Below are positions 8,034 through 17,310 of a stretch of DNA of 17,310 bases, piece after piece. The notes below the pieces were generated by a model, which saw nothing but the letters and a program-made list of their open reading frames with translations, ran no database searches and was not told the origin of the DNA. The DNA is taken from the NCBI GenBank assembly GCA_041498975.1, contig JBGQJI010000038.1, positions 1 through 17,310 of the forward strand. Direction: 5' to 3'. The translations under genes were made by a program, and so were the position numbers. The first letter of the stretch is position 1. Every line of letters starts with the position of its first letter. This DNA is from Candidatus Methylomirabilis sp. GTDB taxonomy: Bacteria > Methylomirabilota > Methylomirabilia > Methylomirabilales > Methylomirabilaceae.

Positions 8034-8474
8034 ATGGAACAGACCTTGGTGATCGTGAAGCCAGATGCTGTGGCCAGGGGGATTGTAGGGGAGGTCATCC
8101 GGCGATTTGAGGCCGAACAACTCATTATACGCGGACTGAAGATGGTCGTGCTCGAGCAAAAAGAGGCTGAGGGGTTCTATCAGGTACATCGGGACCGGCC
8201 GTTCTTCGAGAGCCTCACCCACTTTATGGCGTCTGGGCCTTGCGTGGCGATGGTCCTGGAGGGGGGGGGCGCGATCCAGCGCGTCCGGCGACTCATGGGC
8301 GCCACCGATCCTCTCAACGCGGCGGAGGGGACATTGCGGCGGGATTTCGCAACCAGCATCGAGAAAAACGTTGTTCACGGCTCTGATTCGGCGGAGTCGG
8401 CGGCCTTTGAAATCCCCTACTTTTTCAGTCAAATGGAGCTCCTTTCTACTGCCGAAAGAGGGGAACCGACCTAG
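8034..8474 (+). CDS. ndk: Nucleoside diphosphate kinase
   Basis: MEQTLVIVKPDAV, FMASGP, MGATDP, GTLR, NVVHGSDS (catalytic His). G-rich RBS before ATG 8034. Confidence 0.97.
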   Translation: MEQTLVIVKPDAVARGIVGEVIRRFEAEQLIIRGLKMVVLEQKEAEGFYQVHRDRPFFESLTHFMASGPCVAMVLEGGGAIQRVRRLMGATDPLNAAEGTLRRDFATSIEKNVVHGSDSAESAAFEIPYFFSQMELLSTAERGEPT

Positions 8475-8491
8475 GCCAGAGCCTGGGTCGG
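8466..8491 (+). terminator. GC-rich hairpin over the ndk stop codon (terminator-like, no U tract)
   Basis: CCGACCTAGGC (8466-8476), loop CAGA, GCCTGGGTCGG (8481-8491): 11 bp with one G-U pair. Confidence 0.45.
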
Positions 8492-8515
8492 CGCCCCTTC
8501 TGACGAGGAAATCCC

Positions 8516-8544
8516 TTGACTTCGGAGTATCACGTCTGTATAAT
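8516..8544 (+). promoter_or_regulatory. Sigma70 promoter of the yceD-rpmF-plsX-fab operon
   Basis: TTGACT (8516-8521), 17-bp spacer, TATAAT (8539-8544); expected transcription start near 8551. Confidence 0.88.
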
Positions 8545-8568
8545 TCCCCAGCTTTGATGGAGTTCACG

Positions 8569-9078
8569 ATGCTGGTGGCGCGGTCGAGGATCCCTCCTGA
8601 GGGGCTGGATGTTCACATTCACGAAGAGCCCCATTGGGAGGGGGTTGATGGGTTATGGATTTCGCTCGCCCCGGTCGAGGCCTCGTTTCATCTCGAACGC
8701 AAGAGCGATGGCATCCTCGCGAGGGGAGGCTTCACGACAACTGCGGTGGTCCCTTGCAGCCGATGCTCCGAACCGGTTTCTGTTCCACTATCGGACCAGT
8801 TCGCAGTCCTGTACCTCGGCACCCAGGAGACCTTTCGCGGCGAGGAGGTCGAGCTGGCCGCTGCGGAGATGGATGTGGATGTCCTTACGGACGATCGCCT
8901 CGACCTTTCGGGGCTGTTGCGTGAGAGCGTCCTACTGAACGTGCCGCTTCAGCCCCTCTGCCGGGCTGAGTGCCGTGGCCTCTGTTCCCGCTGCGGGCTC
9001 AACCTGAACGAAACCTCCTGCCAGTGCCGCGTCGAGGAACCCGATCCAAGGCTTCGCCCCCTTCAGCATCTACGCTAG
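8569..9078 (+). CDS. yceD: DUF177/YceD family protein (23S rRNA accumulation; Zn-finger-like)
   Basis: CSRC and PLCRAECRGLCSRCGLNLNETSCQC...DPR signature; canonical position before rpmF. GGAG at 8559-8562 and the promoter position support ATG 8569. Confidence 0.92.
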   Translation: MLVARSRIPPEGLDVHIHEEPHWEGVDGLWISLAPVEASFHLERKSDGILARGGFTTTAVVPCSRCSEPVSVPLSDQFAVLYLGTQETFRGEEVELAAAEMDVDVLTDDRLDLSGLLRESVLLNVPLQPLCRAECRGLCSRCGLNLNETSCQCRVEEPDPRLRPLQHLR

Positions 9079-9102
9079 CCTGCGCGTATCCAGGAGGATC
9101 AC

Positions 9103-9285
9103 ATGCCCCTTCCGAAACGTCGACACAGCAATGCTCGAACAAGAAAGCGGCGGTCCCACGACGCGCTCTCCATCCCCACTCCCGTCGAATGTCCAAATTG
9201 TCATGAGCGGAAACTTCCTCATCGTGCCTGTCCGGCCTGCGGGCAGTATCGCGGCCGGGAGGTCGTGAAACGGGACGAGACCTAG
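9103..9285 (+). CDS. rpmF: 50S ribosomal protein bL32 (zinc-ribbon form)
   Basis: MPLPKRRHSNARTRKRRSH, CPNC...PHRACPACGQY; RBS AGGAGG at 9092-9097. Confidence 0.97.
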   Translation: MPLPKRRHSNARTRKRRSHDALSIPTPVECPNCHERKLPHRACPACGQYRGREVVKRDET

Positions 9286-9314
9286 TTCCACGCGATCCCG
9301 AATGGCAGAGAGGT

Positions 9315-10313
9315 ATGGGGACACGTGTAGCCCTTGACGCAATGGGCGGCGACCAAGGCCCGGCGGTCAACGTTGAGGGAGCGGTGGCGGCTGCCAGAGA
9401 GCTCGGCCTTTCCGTCCTCTTGGTGGGGAACGAAGAGGAGCTCAATCAGAGGCTTCAGCAGCACTCGACCAACGGCCTCGGCATCGCGATCTGCCACGCC
9501 CCCGAGACGGTCGGGATGCATGAATCCCCCTTGGGGGCGCTGCGCAAGAAGAAGCACTCGTCCATCCGTGTGGGGTTGGAGCTGGTCAAGAGGGGAGAGG
9601 CCGATGCCTTCATCAGCGCCGGCAATACTGGCGCGGTGATGGCCACCGCACTGATGACCCTGGGCCCTCTTCCCGGTGTCGAGCGACCCGCCATCGCCCT
9701 CATCGTCCCGACATTACGGGGTCACTCGATCCTGCTGGATGTCGGGGCCAATGCCGATTGTAAAGCGCGACACCTCCTGCAGTTTGCTATCATGGGAGAT
9801 GTCTATGCGCGTCAAGTGATGGGAAAGAAATCTCCTACGGTCGGACTGCTCAGCATCGGAGAAGAGGAGAGCAAGGGCAACGAACTCACCCGCGAGGCGT
9901 TCAAGGCACTCGAGGAGGAGCCGTCCCTGAACTTCACCGGGAATATCGAAGGCCGTGAGGTCTTTAGCGGGACAGCCGATGTCATCGTGTGCGACGGTTT
10001 CACCGGCAACATCGCCTTGAAGATCAGCGAAAGCGCCGCGGAGTTCTTCACGGTCCTTCTCAAAGAGGAGCTCGCAAAGGGACTTGTCGGGAAGGTGGGG
10101 GGCATCCTGGCGCGGGGCGCCTTTCAGCGCTTCAAGAAGCGGGTTGACTACACAGAGTACGGCGGTGCGCCCCTGCTGGGAGTACGCGGGGTGTGCATCA
10201 TCAGCCACGGTCGCTCCACCGCCAAGGCCATTAAGAACGCGATCCGAGTAGCCGCCGAATGCGTCGAGAATAGGGTGGTCGAGCATATCATGGAAGGGAT
10301 TGCTACCAGCTAG
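9315..10313 (+). CDS. plsX: Phosphate acyltransferase PlsX
   Basis: ALDAMGGD, SAGNTGA, ERPAI, LDVGANAD, GEEESKG, CDGFTGN, GGAPLLG, SHGRS. Confidence 0.97.
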   Translation: MGTRVALDAMGGDQGPAVNVEGAVAAARELGLSVLLVGNEEELNQRLQQHSTNGLGIAICHAPETVGMHESPLGALRKKKHSSIRVGLELVKRGEADAFISAGNTGAVMATALMTLGPLPGVERPAIALIVPTLRGHSILLDVGANADCKARHLLQFAIMGDVYARQVMGKKSPTVGLLSIGEEESKGNELTREAFKALEEEPSLNFTGNIEGREVFSGTADVIVCDGFTGNIALKISESAAEFFTVLLKEELAKGLVGKVGGILARGAFQRFKKRVDYTEYGGAPLLGVRGVCIISHGRSTAKAIKNAIRVAAECVENRVVEHIMEGIATS

Positions 10314-10417
10314 TGCCGTTCCGACCTTCTCCGCCTGACGATGACATGACGCGCGGCCGTCTGGATCGGCCGTCGCATAATTTTGCCATCTGTCCGAACA
10401 CGTTGGAACGGCGCTAG
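10310..10417. repeat. CTAG-flanked inverted-repeat element (MITE-like or structured RNA)
   Basis: CTAGTGCCGTTCCGAC (10310-10325) pairs with GTTGGAACGGCGCTAG (10402-10417) at 14/16 Watson-Crick positions plus two G-U pairs. Internal hairpin at 10351-10376. Confidence 0.65.
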
Positions 10418-10433
10418 TCAGAGGGGGGTTGCC

Positions 10434-11417
10434 ATGTACGGCAGCAGGATTGCGGGCACCGGCGCTTCGGTTCCGGATCGGGTCCTCACCAATGCCGACC
10501 TGGAGCGGATCGTCAGCACCAGCGATGAGTGGATCGTCACTCGAACGGGCATTTCCGAGCGGCGAATCGCAGACGATAGCCAAGCGACTTCAGATCTGGC
10601 CGAACAGGCCGGTCGACGCGCGCTCGAGGCGGCCGGCGTCGACCCACTTGATGTGGACCTGATCCTCGTATGCACGGTAACCCCCGACATGTTCTTCCCC
10701 TCGACCGGGTGCGTCCTCCAGGATCGGCTCGGGGCGTCACGGGCCGCGGCGTTCGATCTCTCGGCCGCCTGTTCGGGCTTTATCTATGGCTTATCGGTCG
10801 CCGACGCCTATCTCCGAGCCGGCCTCGAGCGGAACATCCTGGTGGTAGGCGCGGAGACCCTCTCGAAGGTCGTAGACTGGAGCGATCGAGCCACATGCGT
10901 TCTGTTCGCCGACGGGGCGGGAGCCGCCTTGGTGCAGCGGACAACCGGCGATTCCCGAATTCTCTCTACGCACCTGTACGCCGATGGGTCGAAGGGGAAA
11001 CAGCTTATCATCCCGGGGGGCGGCTCGCGCCACCCCGTGAGCCAGAGAGTCCTGGACGAGAATCTTGTCAAGATCAAGATGGCCAATGGGAACGAGGTGT
11101 TCAAGATGGCGGTCCGATCAATGGAGGATGCCGCCCTGGCGGCGCTGAAGGCGAACGGCGTCGAGGTTTCTGACATCGATCTCTTTGTTCCCCACCAAGC
11201 CAACGCGCGAATCATCTATGCAGTCGCCCAGCGGCTGGGTCTGCCGAAGGAGCGGATCGTGGTGAACATCGGCCGCGTCGGCAACACCTCCGCAGCCTCG
11301 ATTCCCATTGCCCTGGACGAAGCGGTCAGGGCGGGGCGGCTCAAGCGCGGCGACCTGCTCCTGCTGGCTGCGTTCGGGGGAGGGCTCACCTGGGGCTCCG
11401 CCCTGATCCGTTGGTGA
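10434..11417 (+). CDS. fabH: 3-oxoacyl-ACP synthase III
   Basis: WIVTRTGISERR, AACSGF (catalytic Cys), PHQAN, GNTSAAS, FGGGLTWG. GAGGGGGG RBS before ATG 10434. Confidence 0.96.
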   Translation: MYGSRIAGTGASVPDRVLTNADLERIVSTSDEWIVTRTGISERRIADDSQATSDLAEQAGRRALEAAGVDPLDVDLILVCTVTPDMFFPSTGCVLQDRLGASRAAAFDLSAACSGFIYGLSVADAYLRAGLERNILVVGAETLSKVVDWSDRATCVLFADGAGAALVQRTTGDSRILSTHLYADGSKGKQLIIPGGGSRHPVSQRVLDENLVKIKMANGNEVFKMAVRSMEDAALAALKANGVEVSDIDLFVPHQANARIIYAVAQRLGLPKERIVVNIGRVGNTSAASIPIALDEAVRAGRLKRGDLLLLAAFGGGLTWGSALIRW

Positions 11418-11439
11418 GCCTGATCCAAGCCGCCAGGCA

Positions 11440-12381
11440 ATGAGCGTGATCGCGCTTGTGTTCCCGGGCCAGGGCTCGCAACAGGTCGGCATGGGGCGGG
11501 ACTTCTGGGAGCAGGTACCTGAAGCCCGCTCCGTGTTCGAGGAGGCCGGTCAGTCTCTCGGGATGGACCTGGCGCGTCTCTGCTTCGAAGGGCCGGAAGA
11601 CGCCCTGACGTTGACGGCGAACGCCCAGCCCGCCATCCTGACGGTCAGCATGGCCGCCTTTGCCGCTTTCCAGCGCGAGGGGCTTCGGTTTGATTACGTC
11701 GCCGGTCACTCGCTCGGGGAGTACTCGGCGCTCGTGGCAGCCGACAGCCTCCGGTTCGAAGACGCGATCCGCACCGTCAGAAAGAGAGGGGAGTTCATGC
11801 AGGAGGCCGTGGAGCCTGGGGCCGGAGCGATGGCCGCCCTCCTGGGTCTCGACCAGGAGGGCGTGCTTGCGCTATGTGGGGAGGCCGGGCGAGTTGGGGT
11901 CGTTGAGGTCGCCAACCTGAACGCGCCCGGTCAGGTCGTTATCGCCGGGGAGACGGAGGCGGTCGAGCAGGCCATCCGGATGGCCAGGGAACGGGGGGCA
12001 AGGCGCGCCGTCCGCCTTCAGGTGAGTGCGCCCTTTCACTGCTCGTTGATGCGCCCGGCGGGTGAACGGCTGGAAGGCGTATTGCACTCGATTCCCATCG
12101 CCGATCCCTCAGTCCCGCTGGTCAACAATGTCGATGCCGAGCTCCTGACCAGAGGTCAACAAATCATCCGGAGCCTCGTTCGGCAGGTCTCAAGTCCGGT
12201 CCGGTGGGAAGATGTGATACGAAGACTTGTGAAAGAAGGAGTCACGCTCTTCCTGGAGCTGGGTCCAGGAAGGGTTCTCACCGGGCTGATCAAGCGGATC
12301 GCGAAAGAGGTCATCGCGCTGAACGGAGAGGATCCGGCCTCCCTGCGGGTCGCGCTGGATCAGGTGAAGGCGCGTGCCTGA
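11440..12381 (+). CDS. fabD: Malonyl-CoA:ACP transacylase
   Basis: FPGQGSQ, AQPAI, GHSLGEY, SAPFH, SPVRW, ELGPG. Confidence 0.97.
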   Translation: MSVIALVFPGQGSQQVGMGRDFWEQVPEARSVFEEAGQSLGMDLARLCFEGPEDALTLTANAQPAILTVSMAAFAAFQREGLRFDYVAGHSLGEYSALVAADSLRFEDAIRTVRKRGEFMQEAVEPGAGAMAALLGLDQEGVLALCGEAGRVGVVEVANLNAPGQVVIAGETEAVEQAIRMARERGARRAVRLQVSAPFHCSLMRPAGERLEGVLHSIPIADPSVPLVNNVDAELLTRGQQIIRSLVRQVSSPVRWEDVIRRLVKEGVTLFLELGPGRVLTGLIKRIAKEVIALNGEDPASLRVALDQVKARA

Positions 12382-13133
12382 TGGTCACAGCGGGCCGTCA
12401 TGCGGGAAAGGTGGCTGTCGTCACCGGCGGCTCGAAGGGGATCGGCAGAGCGATCGCCCTGATGCTCGCGGCGGAAGGCGCCACGGTGATGATCTGCTCC
12501 AGGCATTTGGAGGCAGCCCAACGAGTGGTGTCTGAGATCCGGGCGGCAGGAGCCGAGGGGGCAGCCCTTCAGGCTGACATGGCGAGGCGGCCAGACGCCG
12601 AGGCGCTTATTCAGGAAAGCGTCGAGCGTTTTGGGCGCCTTGACATCCTGGTCAATAACGCCGCAGTCACCAAGGACGGGCTGGTTATCCGCATGAAGGA
12701 AGAAGACTGGGACACCGTCTTGGACGTGAATCTGAAGGGCGCATTCTTCACCACACGCGCCGCACTCCGACCGATGCTCAAGCAACAGAGTGGCCGGATC
12801 GTGAATATCAGTTCGGTGGTCGGGCTGATGGGCAATTCGGGTCAAGCGAACTACGTCGCATCGAAAGCGGGCCTGATCGGGTTCACCAAGGCTGTGGCGA
12901 AGGAGGTCGCCTCGCGGGCGATTACGGTGAATGCTGTGGCTCCCGGGTTCGTCGAGACCGAAATGACCGAAGGCCTGCCCGAGAATCTGAAGGCGGCCTA
13001 TCTGAGGCAGATCCCCGTTGGAAGATTCGGCGATCCGACGGAAGTGGCCGCCCTGGTTTCGTTTCTTGCCTCAGCGGCCGCCGCCTATATCACGGGTCAG
13101 GTGATCAATGTCGATGGCGGGTTGCGAATGTAA
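12381..13133 (+). CDS. fabG: 3-oxoacyl-ACP reductase
   Basis: TGGSKGIG, NISSVVG, GQANYVASK, VAPGF, YITGQVINVDGG. ATG overlaps the fabD stop (TGATG), suggesting translational coupling. Confidence 0.96.
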   Translation: MVTAGRHAGKVAVVTGGSKGIGRAIALMLAAEGATVMICSRHLEAAQRVVSEIRAAGAEGAALQADMARRPDAEALIQESVERFGRLDILVNNAAVTKDGLVIRMKEEDWDTVLDVNLKGAFFTTRAALRPMLKQQSGRIVNISSVVGLMGNSGQANYVASKAGLIGFTKAVAKEVASRAITVNAVAPGFVETEMTEGLPENLKAAYLRQIPVGRFGDPTEVAALVSFLASAAAAYITGQVINVDGGLRM

Positions 13134-13172
13134 TCCATGGTACGGCACCGAGGCCGTAGGGAGGGGGGGGTG

Positions 13173-13418
13173 ATGGCTGGCGTGACGGGGCTTGAGGAGA
13201 GGGTGAAGAAGATCATCGTGGATCAATTGGGCGTCGATGCAGCAGAGGTGACGTCGGAAGCCTCCTTCATCGAGGATCTGGGCGCCGACTCTCTCGACAC
13301 GGTGGAGTTGGTGATGGCCCTGGAAGAGGAGTTTGGAATTGAGATCCCTGATGAAGAGGCCGAGAAGATCGTGAGCGTCAAAGACGCCGTCGAGTATATC
13401 AAGGCGCATTCCGCGTGA
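13173..13418 (+). CDS. acpP: Acyl carrier protein
   Basis: [20 protein letters not shown] phosphopantetheine site; GGAGG/G-run RBS before ATG 13173. Confidence 0.97.
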   Translation: MAGVTGLEERVKKIIVDQLGVDAAEVTSEASFIEDLGADSLDTVELVMALEEEFGIEIPDEEAEKIVSVKDAVEYIKAHSA

Positions 13419-13468
13419 TGAGACCGGCCCGCAGCATGGGCCACGTACAGCGAAGGGGATCAGAGGCG

Positions 13469-14704
<1,236 letters not shown>

Positions 14705-14818
14705 GGGGTAGCCCCTCCCTGTGTCCCGTTAGCGGTCCAGCCTTCGCTCTTCCGCACTCCCACCGATCGACAGGCCTGAAGGGCGGCAGTATGGCCTCGT
14801 GGCCCGCCGGAGGCTGCG

Positions 14819-15250
14819 TCATGGAAGCGGGGCAGGGGAGGCGTCTTTGGCGAGGGTGTAGATCTTGTCGAGAACACCGTTGACGAAAGCCCCAGAGTCT
14901 TTCCCGCCGAACTCCTTGGCCAGCTCGATCGCCTCATCGATCGCAACCTTCAACGGCGTCTTGCCGTGGAAAAGGAGCTCGTAGGTCGCCTGTCGAAGGA
15001 TACAGAGATCGACGAGCGCCAGGCGGGAGAGGATCCAGTGTTCGACGTGCGAGGAAAGCACCGCATCGATCGACTCCCGCCGGCCCAGGGCGCCTCGAAC
15101 CAGCTCCTCGGCGAAGGATCGGACATCCGGCCTAGCAGGGTGCTCGGCCCAGAAGGCCTCGAACCGCTCCTCGAAAGCCTCTAGGGGGTAAAACTCGCTT
15201 TGGTACAGGAACGAGAGCGCGAGCTCCCTGGCCCGATGACGCTTTCCCAT
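14819..15250 (-). CDS. nusB: Transcription antitermination factor NusB
   Basis: RHRARELAL Arg-rich N-terminus, [32 protein letters not shown]; follows ribH as usual. Confidence 0.95.
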   Translation of the reverse strand: MGKRHRARELALSFLYQSEFYPLEAFEERFEAFWAEHPARPDVRSFAEELVRGALGRRESIDAVLSSHVEHWILSRLALVDLCILRQATYELLFHGKTPLKVAIDEAIELAKEFGGKDSGAFVNGVLDKIYTLAKDASPAPLP

Positions 15251-15285
15251 CTTCGTCGTGAGGGGGGTGCGACCCCTCTACTCGC

Positions 15286-15756
15286 TCATTTGAGTTGGGC
15301 GAAAAGGCTCGCCATTTCGATGGCTGAAAGGGCTGCTTCGAACCCCTTATTCCCGCCCTTCGCGCCGGCCCGTTCGATCGCCTCATCGATGGTATTCGCG
15401 GTGATGACGCCAAAGATTATGGGGACGCCGGTTTCGAGGCTGGCCGAGGCGATCCCCTTCGCTGCCTCTCCAGCGACATAGTCGAAGTGAGGCGTGGCTC
15501 CCCGGATCACCGCGCCAAGGGCGATGACCGCGTCGTAGCCATTCGACGCAGCCAGACGCTTCGCCGCATAGGGCAGCTCGAAGGCCCCCGGCACTTTCAC
15601 CAGATGCAGGTCGCCCTCTTCCGCGCCGTGGCGGAGCAGGCAATCGAGCGCACCTTCCAACAGCCGCGTGGTGATGAACTCGTTGAAGCGGCTCACCACA
15701 AGGGCAAATCGGAACCCTCTCGCCAGGTAATTCCCTTCGGTCGTTTTCAACGCCAT
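15286..15756 (-). CDS. ribH: 6,7-dimethyl-8-ribityllumazine synthase
   Basis: [40 protein letters not shown]. Start at 15756 chosen by family length; 15795 is possible. Confidence 0.96.
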   Translation of the reverse strand: MALKTTEGNYLARGFRFALVVSRFNEFITTRLLEGALDCLLRHGAEEGDLHLVKVPGAFELPYAAKRLAASNGYDAVIALGAVIRGATPHFDYVAGEAAKGIASASLETGVPIIFGVITANTIDEAIERAGAKGGNKGFEAALSAIEMASLFAQLK

Positions 15757-15867
15757 CCCCCCAGAGCTGTGCGGACCTGGTTGTGAACGCTCCATCTTGG
15801 TAGGTCGAGATGTCCTCTACTCATGCCAGAAAGCCATCAAGAAGTCACCTGGAAACTTGGGCCGGGA

Positions 15868-17082
15868 TCAGAGCTTTTCGAGGAGATGACCCAACTTCTC
15901 CTGTTTCACCTGCAGGTAGGCGCGATTCTCGGCATTCGGGCGGATCTCGATGGGGAGACGCTCCACCACATGCAGACCGTAGGCCTCGAGCCCTACGATC
16001 TTCCGCGGGTTGTTCGTCAGCAGCCGGATCTTGCACAGTCCAAGATCCGACAAGATCTGGGCTCCGATCCCGTACTCTCGGAGATCGGGCTTGAAGCCCA
16101 GTTTCATGTTCGCCTCGACTGTGTCAAGGCCCCTGTCTTGGAGCTCATAAGCCCGCATTTTGTTCGCCAAGCCGATCCCTCTGCCCTCCTGTCGAATATA
16201 GAGAAAGACACCTTTTCCCTCTCCGGCAATCAGCTCCAGCGCCTTGTCCATCTGGGGCCCGCAGTCGCATCGAAGCGAGCCGAAGACATCGCCGGTGAGG
16301 CACTCCGAATGGACCCGCACCAGCGTTTCTTCGACGGCGTTGACCTCTCCCATGACGAGGGCCAGATGGTGCTTCTTATCCACCTGGCTGTAATACAGGA
16401 TTGCAGTGAATCGGCCATACTGTGTCGGCAGGGTGGTGGTGGCGACCCGACTCACGAATCGCTCTCGCTTCAATCGGAACTCGATCAGGCTCTTGACGGT
16501 GATCAGCTTCATGCCGTGCGTGCGAGCGAACCGATGCAGTTCAGGGGTCCGGGCCATCGTCCCGTCATCGTTCATGATCTCGCAGATCACTCCAGCCGGG
16601 TACAGGCCAGCCAATTTGGCCAAGTCAACAGCGGCCTCGGTCTGTCCCGCACGGGTCAACACGCCACCCTCCCGAGCGCGAAGCGGAAAGGTGTGCCCCG
16701 GGCTTGTCAGGTCATCGACCGTCGTCTTGGGGTCGATGATGGTCTGGATGGTGATCGCGCGATCTTGGGCGGATATGCCGGTCGTCACCTTGCGCTTTGC
16801 ATCCACAGACACACAGAACGCGGTCTCGTGTGGCGCGGTATTGTCCGTCACCATCGGCGGGATGCGCAGCTCATCAAGCCGCTCCGCAAGGACGGGCATA
16901 CAGATCAGCCCCCGCCCCTCCGTGGCCATGAAGGTGATCGCCTCGGGCGTCACCTTCTCGGCTGCCATCGTGAGGTCGCCCTCGTTCTCCCGATCCTCAT
17001 CGTCCACGACGATGACCATCTTACCGTCGCGCAAATCGCGGATCGCTTCTTCAATGGTATGAAAGTGGATCATATCCTCCAT
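15868..17082 (-). CDS. ribBA: Bifunctional 3,4-dihydroxy-2-butanone-4-phosphate synthase / GTP cyclohydrolase II
   Basis: [65 protein letters not shown]. Start is 17082 or 17073. Confidence 0.96.
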   Translation of the reverse strand: MEDMIHFHTIEEAIRDLRDGKMVIVVDDEDRENEGDLTMAAEKVTPEAITFMATEGRGLICMPVLAERLDELRIPPMVTDNTAPHETAFCVSVDAKRKVTTGISAQDRAITIQTIIDPKTTVDDLTSPGHTFPLRAREGGVLTRAGQTEAAVDLAKLAGLYPAGVICEIMNDDGTMARTPELHRFARTHGMKLITVKSLIEFRLKRERFVSRVATTTLPTQYGRFTAILYYSQVDKKHHLALVMGEVNAVEETLVRVHSECLTGDVFGSLRCDCGPQMDKALELIAGEGKGVFLYIRQEGRGIGLANKMRAYELQDRGLDTVEANMKLGFKPDLREYGIGAQILSDLGLCKIRLLTNNPRKIVGLEAYGLHVVERLPIEIRPNAENRAYLQVKQEKLGHLLEKL

Positions 17083-17102
17083 TTCTGCTCCGTGGAACCT
17101 GC

Positions 17103-17309
17103 TCAGCCGTACCCCAGCTCCTGGAGGTCTGATTCCGTGACCGACCCCTTCCCCCCAAGAAGATCGAGCCCTTCAAGATATCGGATGACGTATTTTCCGA
17201 GCATGTCCGTTTCCAGGTTGACGCGCCGGCCGACCTGTTTGCCTCCCAATGTGGTATGGCGGTAGGTGTATGGGATGACGGCAACGCCGAATGAGAGGCT
17301 ATTCAGGCC
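17103..17309 (-). CDS. ribE: Riboflavin synthase (alpha chain), C-terminal part; 5' end outside window; not in the ORF track
   Basis: Manual translation: [68 protein letters not shown]. The IPxT, TTL and VNLExDxxGKY motifs are present (the gene is called ribC in E. coli). Confidence 0.93.
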   Translation of the reverse strand, partial: GLNSLSFGVAVIPYTYRHTTLGGKQVGRRVNLETDMLGKYVIRYLEGLDLLGGKGSVTESDLQELGYG

Positions 17310-17310
17310 G

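Noticed and set aside
8371..8568. Extended N-termini in the ORF track for yceD (also mdh, sdhC, sdhB, ndk, fabH, fabG, acpP, fabF)
   Set aside because: The extensions overlap upstream genes, promoters or repeats; RBS positions and family N-termini support the downstream ATGs.
12654..12665. FabG NNAA instead of NNAG as a sign of inactivation
   Set aside because: NNAA is a tolerated SDR variant; the catalytic Ser and YxxxK and the glycine-rich motif are intact.
15757..15867. FMN riboswitch or other RNA in the ribBA-ribH gap
   Set aside because: No RFN consensus is visible; a riboswitch would be expected at the operon 5' end, which is outside the window.
15823..17265. 480-aa + strand ORF over ribBA and riboflavin synthase
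   Set aside because: Antisense shadow of well-conserved genes; no recognisable domain.

Overview
High-GC bacterial housekeeping region with three blocks. (1) A + strand TCA-cycle cluster: icd (5'-truncated), mdh, a small unnamed coiled-coil lipoprotein, sdhCAB (single-anchor diheme b558 type), sucCD and ndk. (2) A + strand yceD(DUF177)-rpmF-plsX-fabH-fabD-fabG-acpP-fabF operon behind a near-consensus sigma70 promoter. (3) A convergent - strand riboflavin operon: riboflavin synthase (5'-truncated), ribBA, ribH and nusB. Gene order and style suggest a diderm such as Methylomirabilota (NC10) or a deltaproteobacterium-like lineage; this is an unverified impression. There are no tRNA/rRNA genes, CRISPR arrays or transposases. 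The unexplained signals are: three intergenic elements made of inverted arrays of 7-bp tandem repeats (GTTCRNR...NNTGAAC); an orphan lipoprotein with a 14-residue-periodic coiled coil, a C-terminal Lys and a (GGA)6 leader; a 100-bp CTAG-flanked inverted-repeat element between plsX and fabH; and an sdhCAB cassette that may be compositionally distinct and has its own promoter. I see no convincing large novel system; the candidates are small non-coding elements and one orphan protein.
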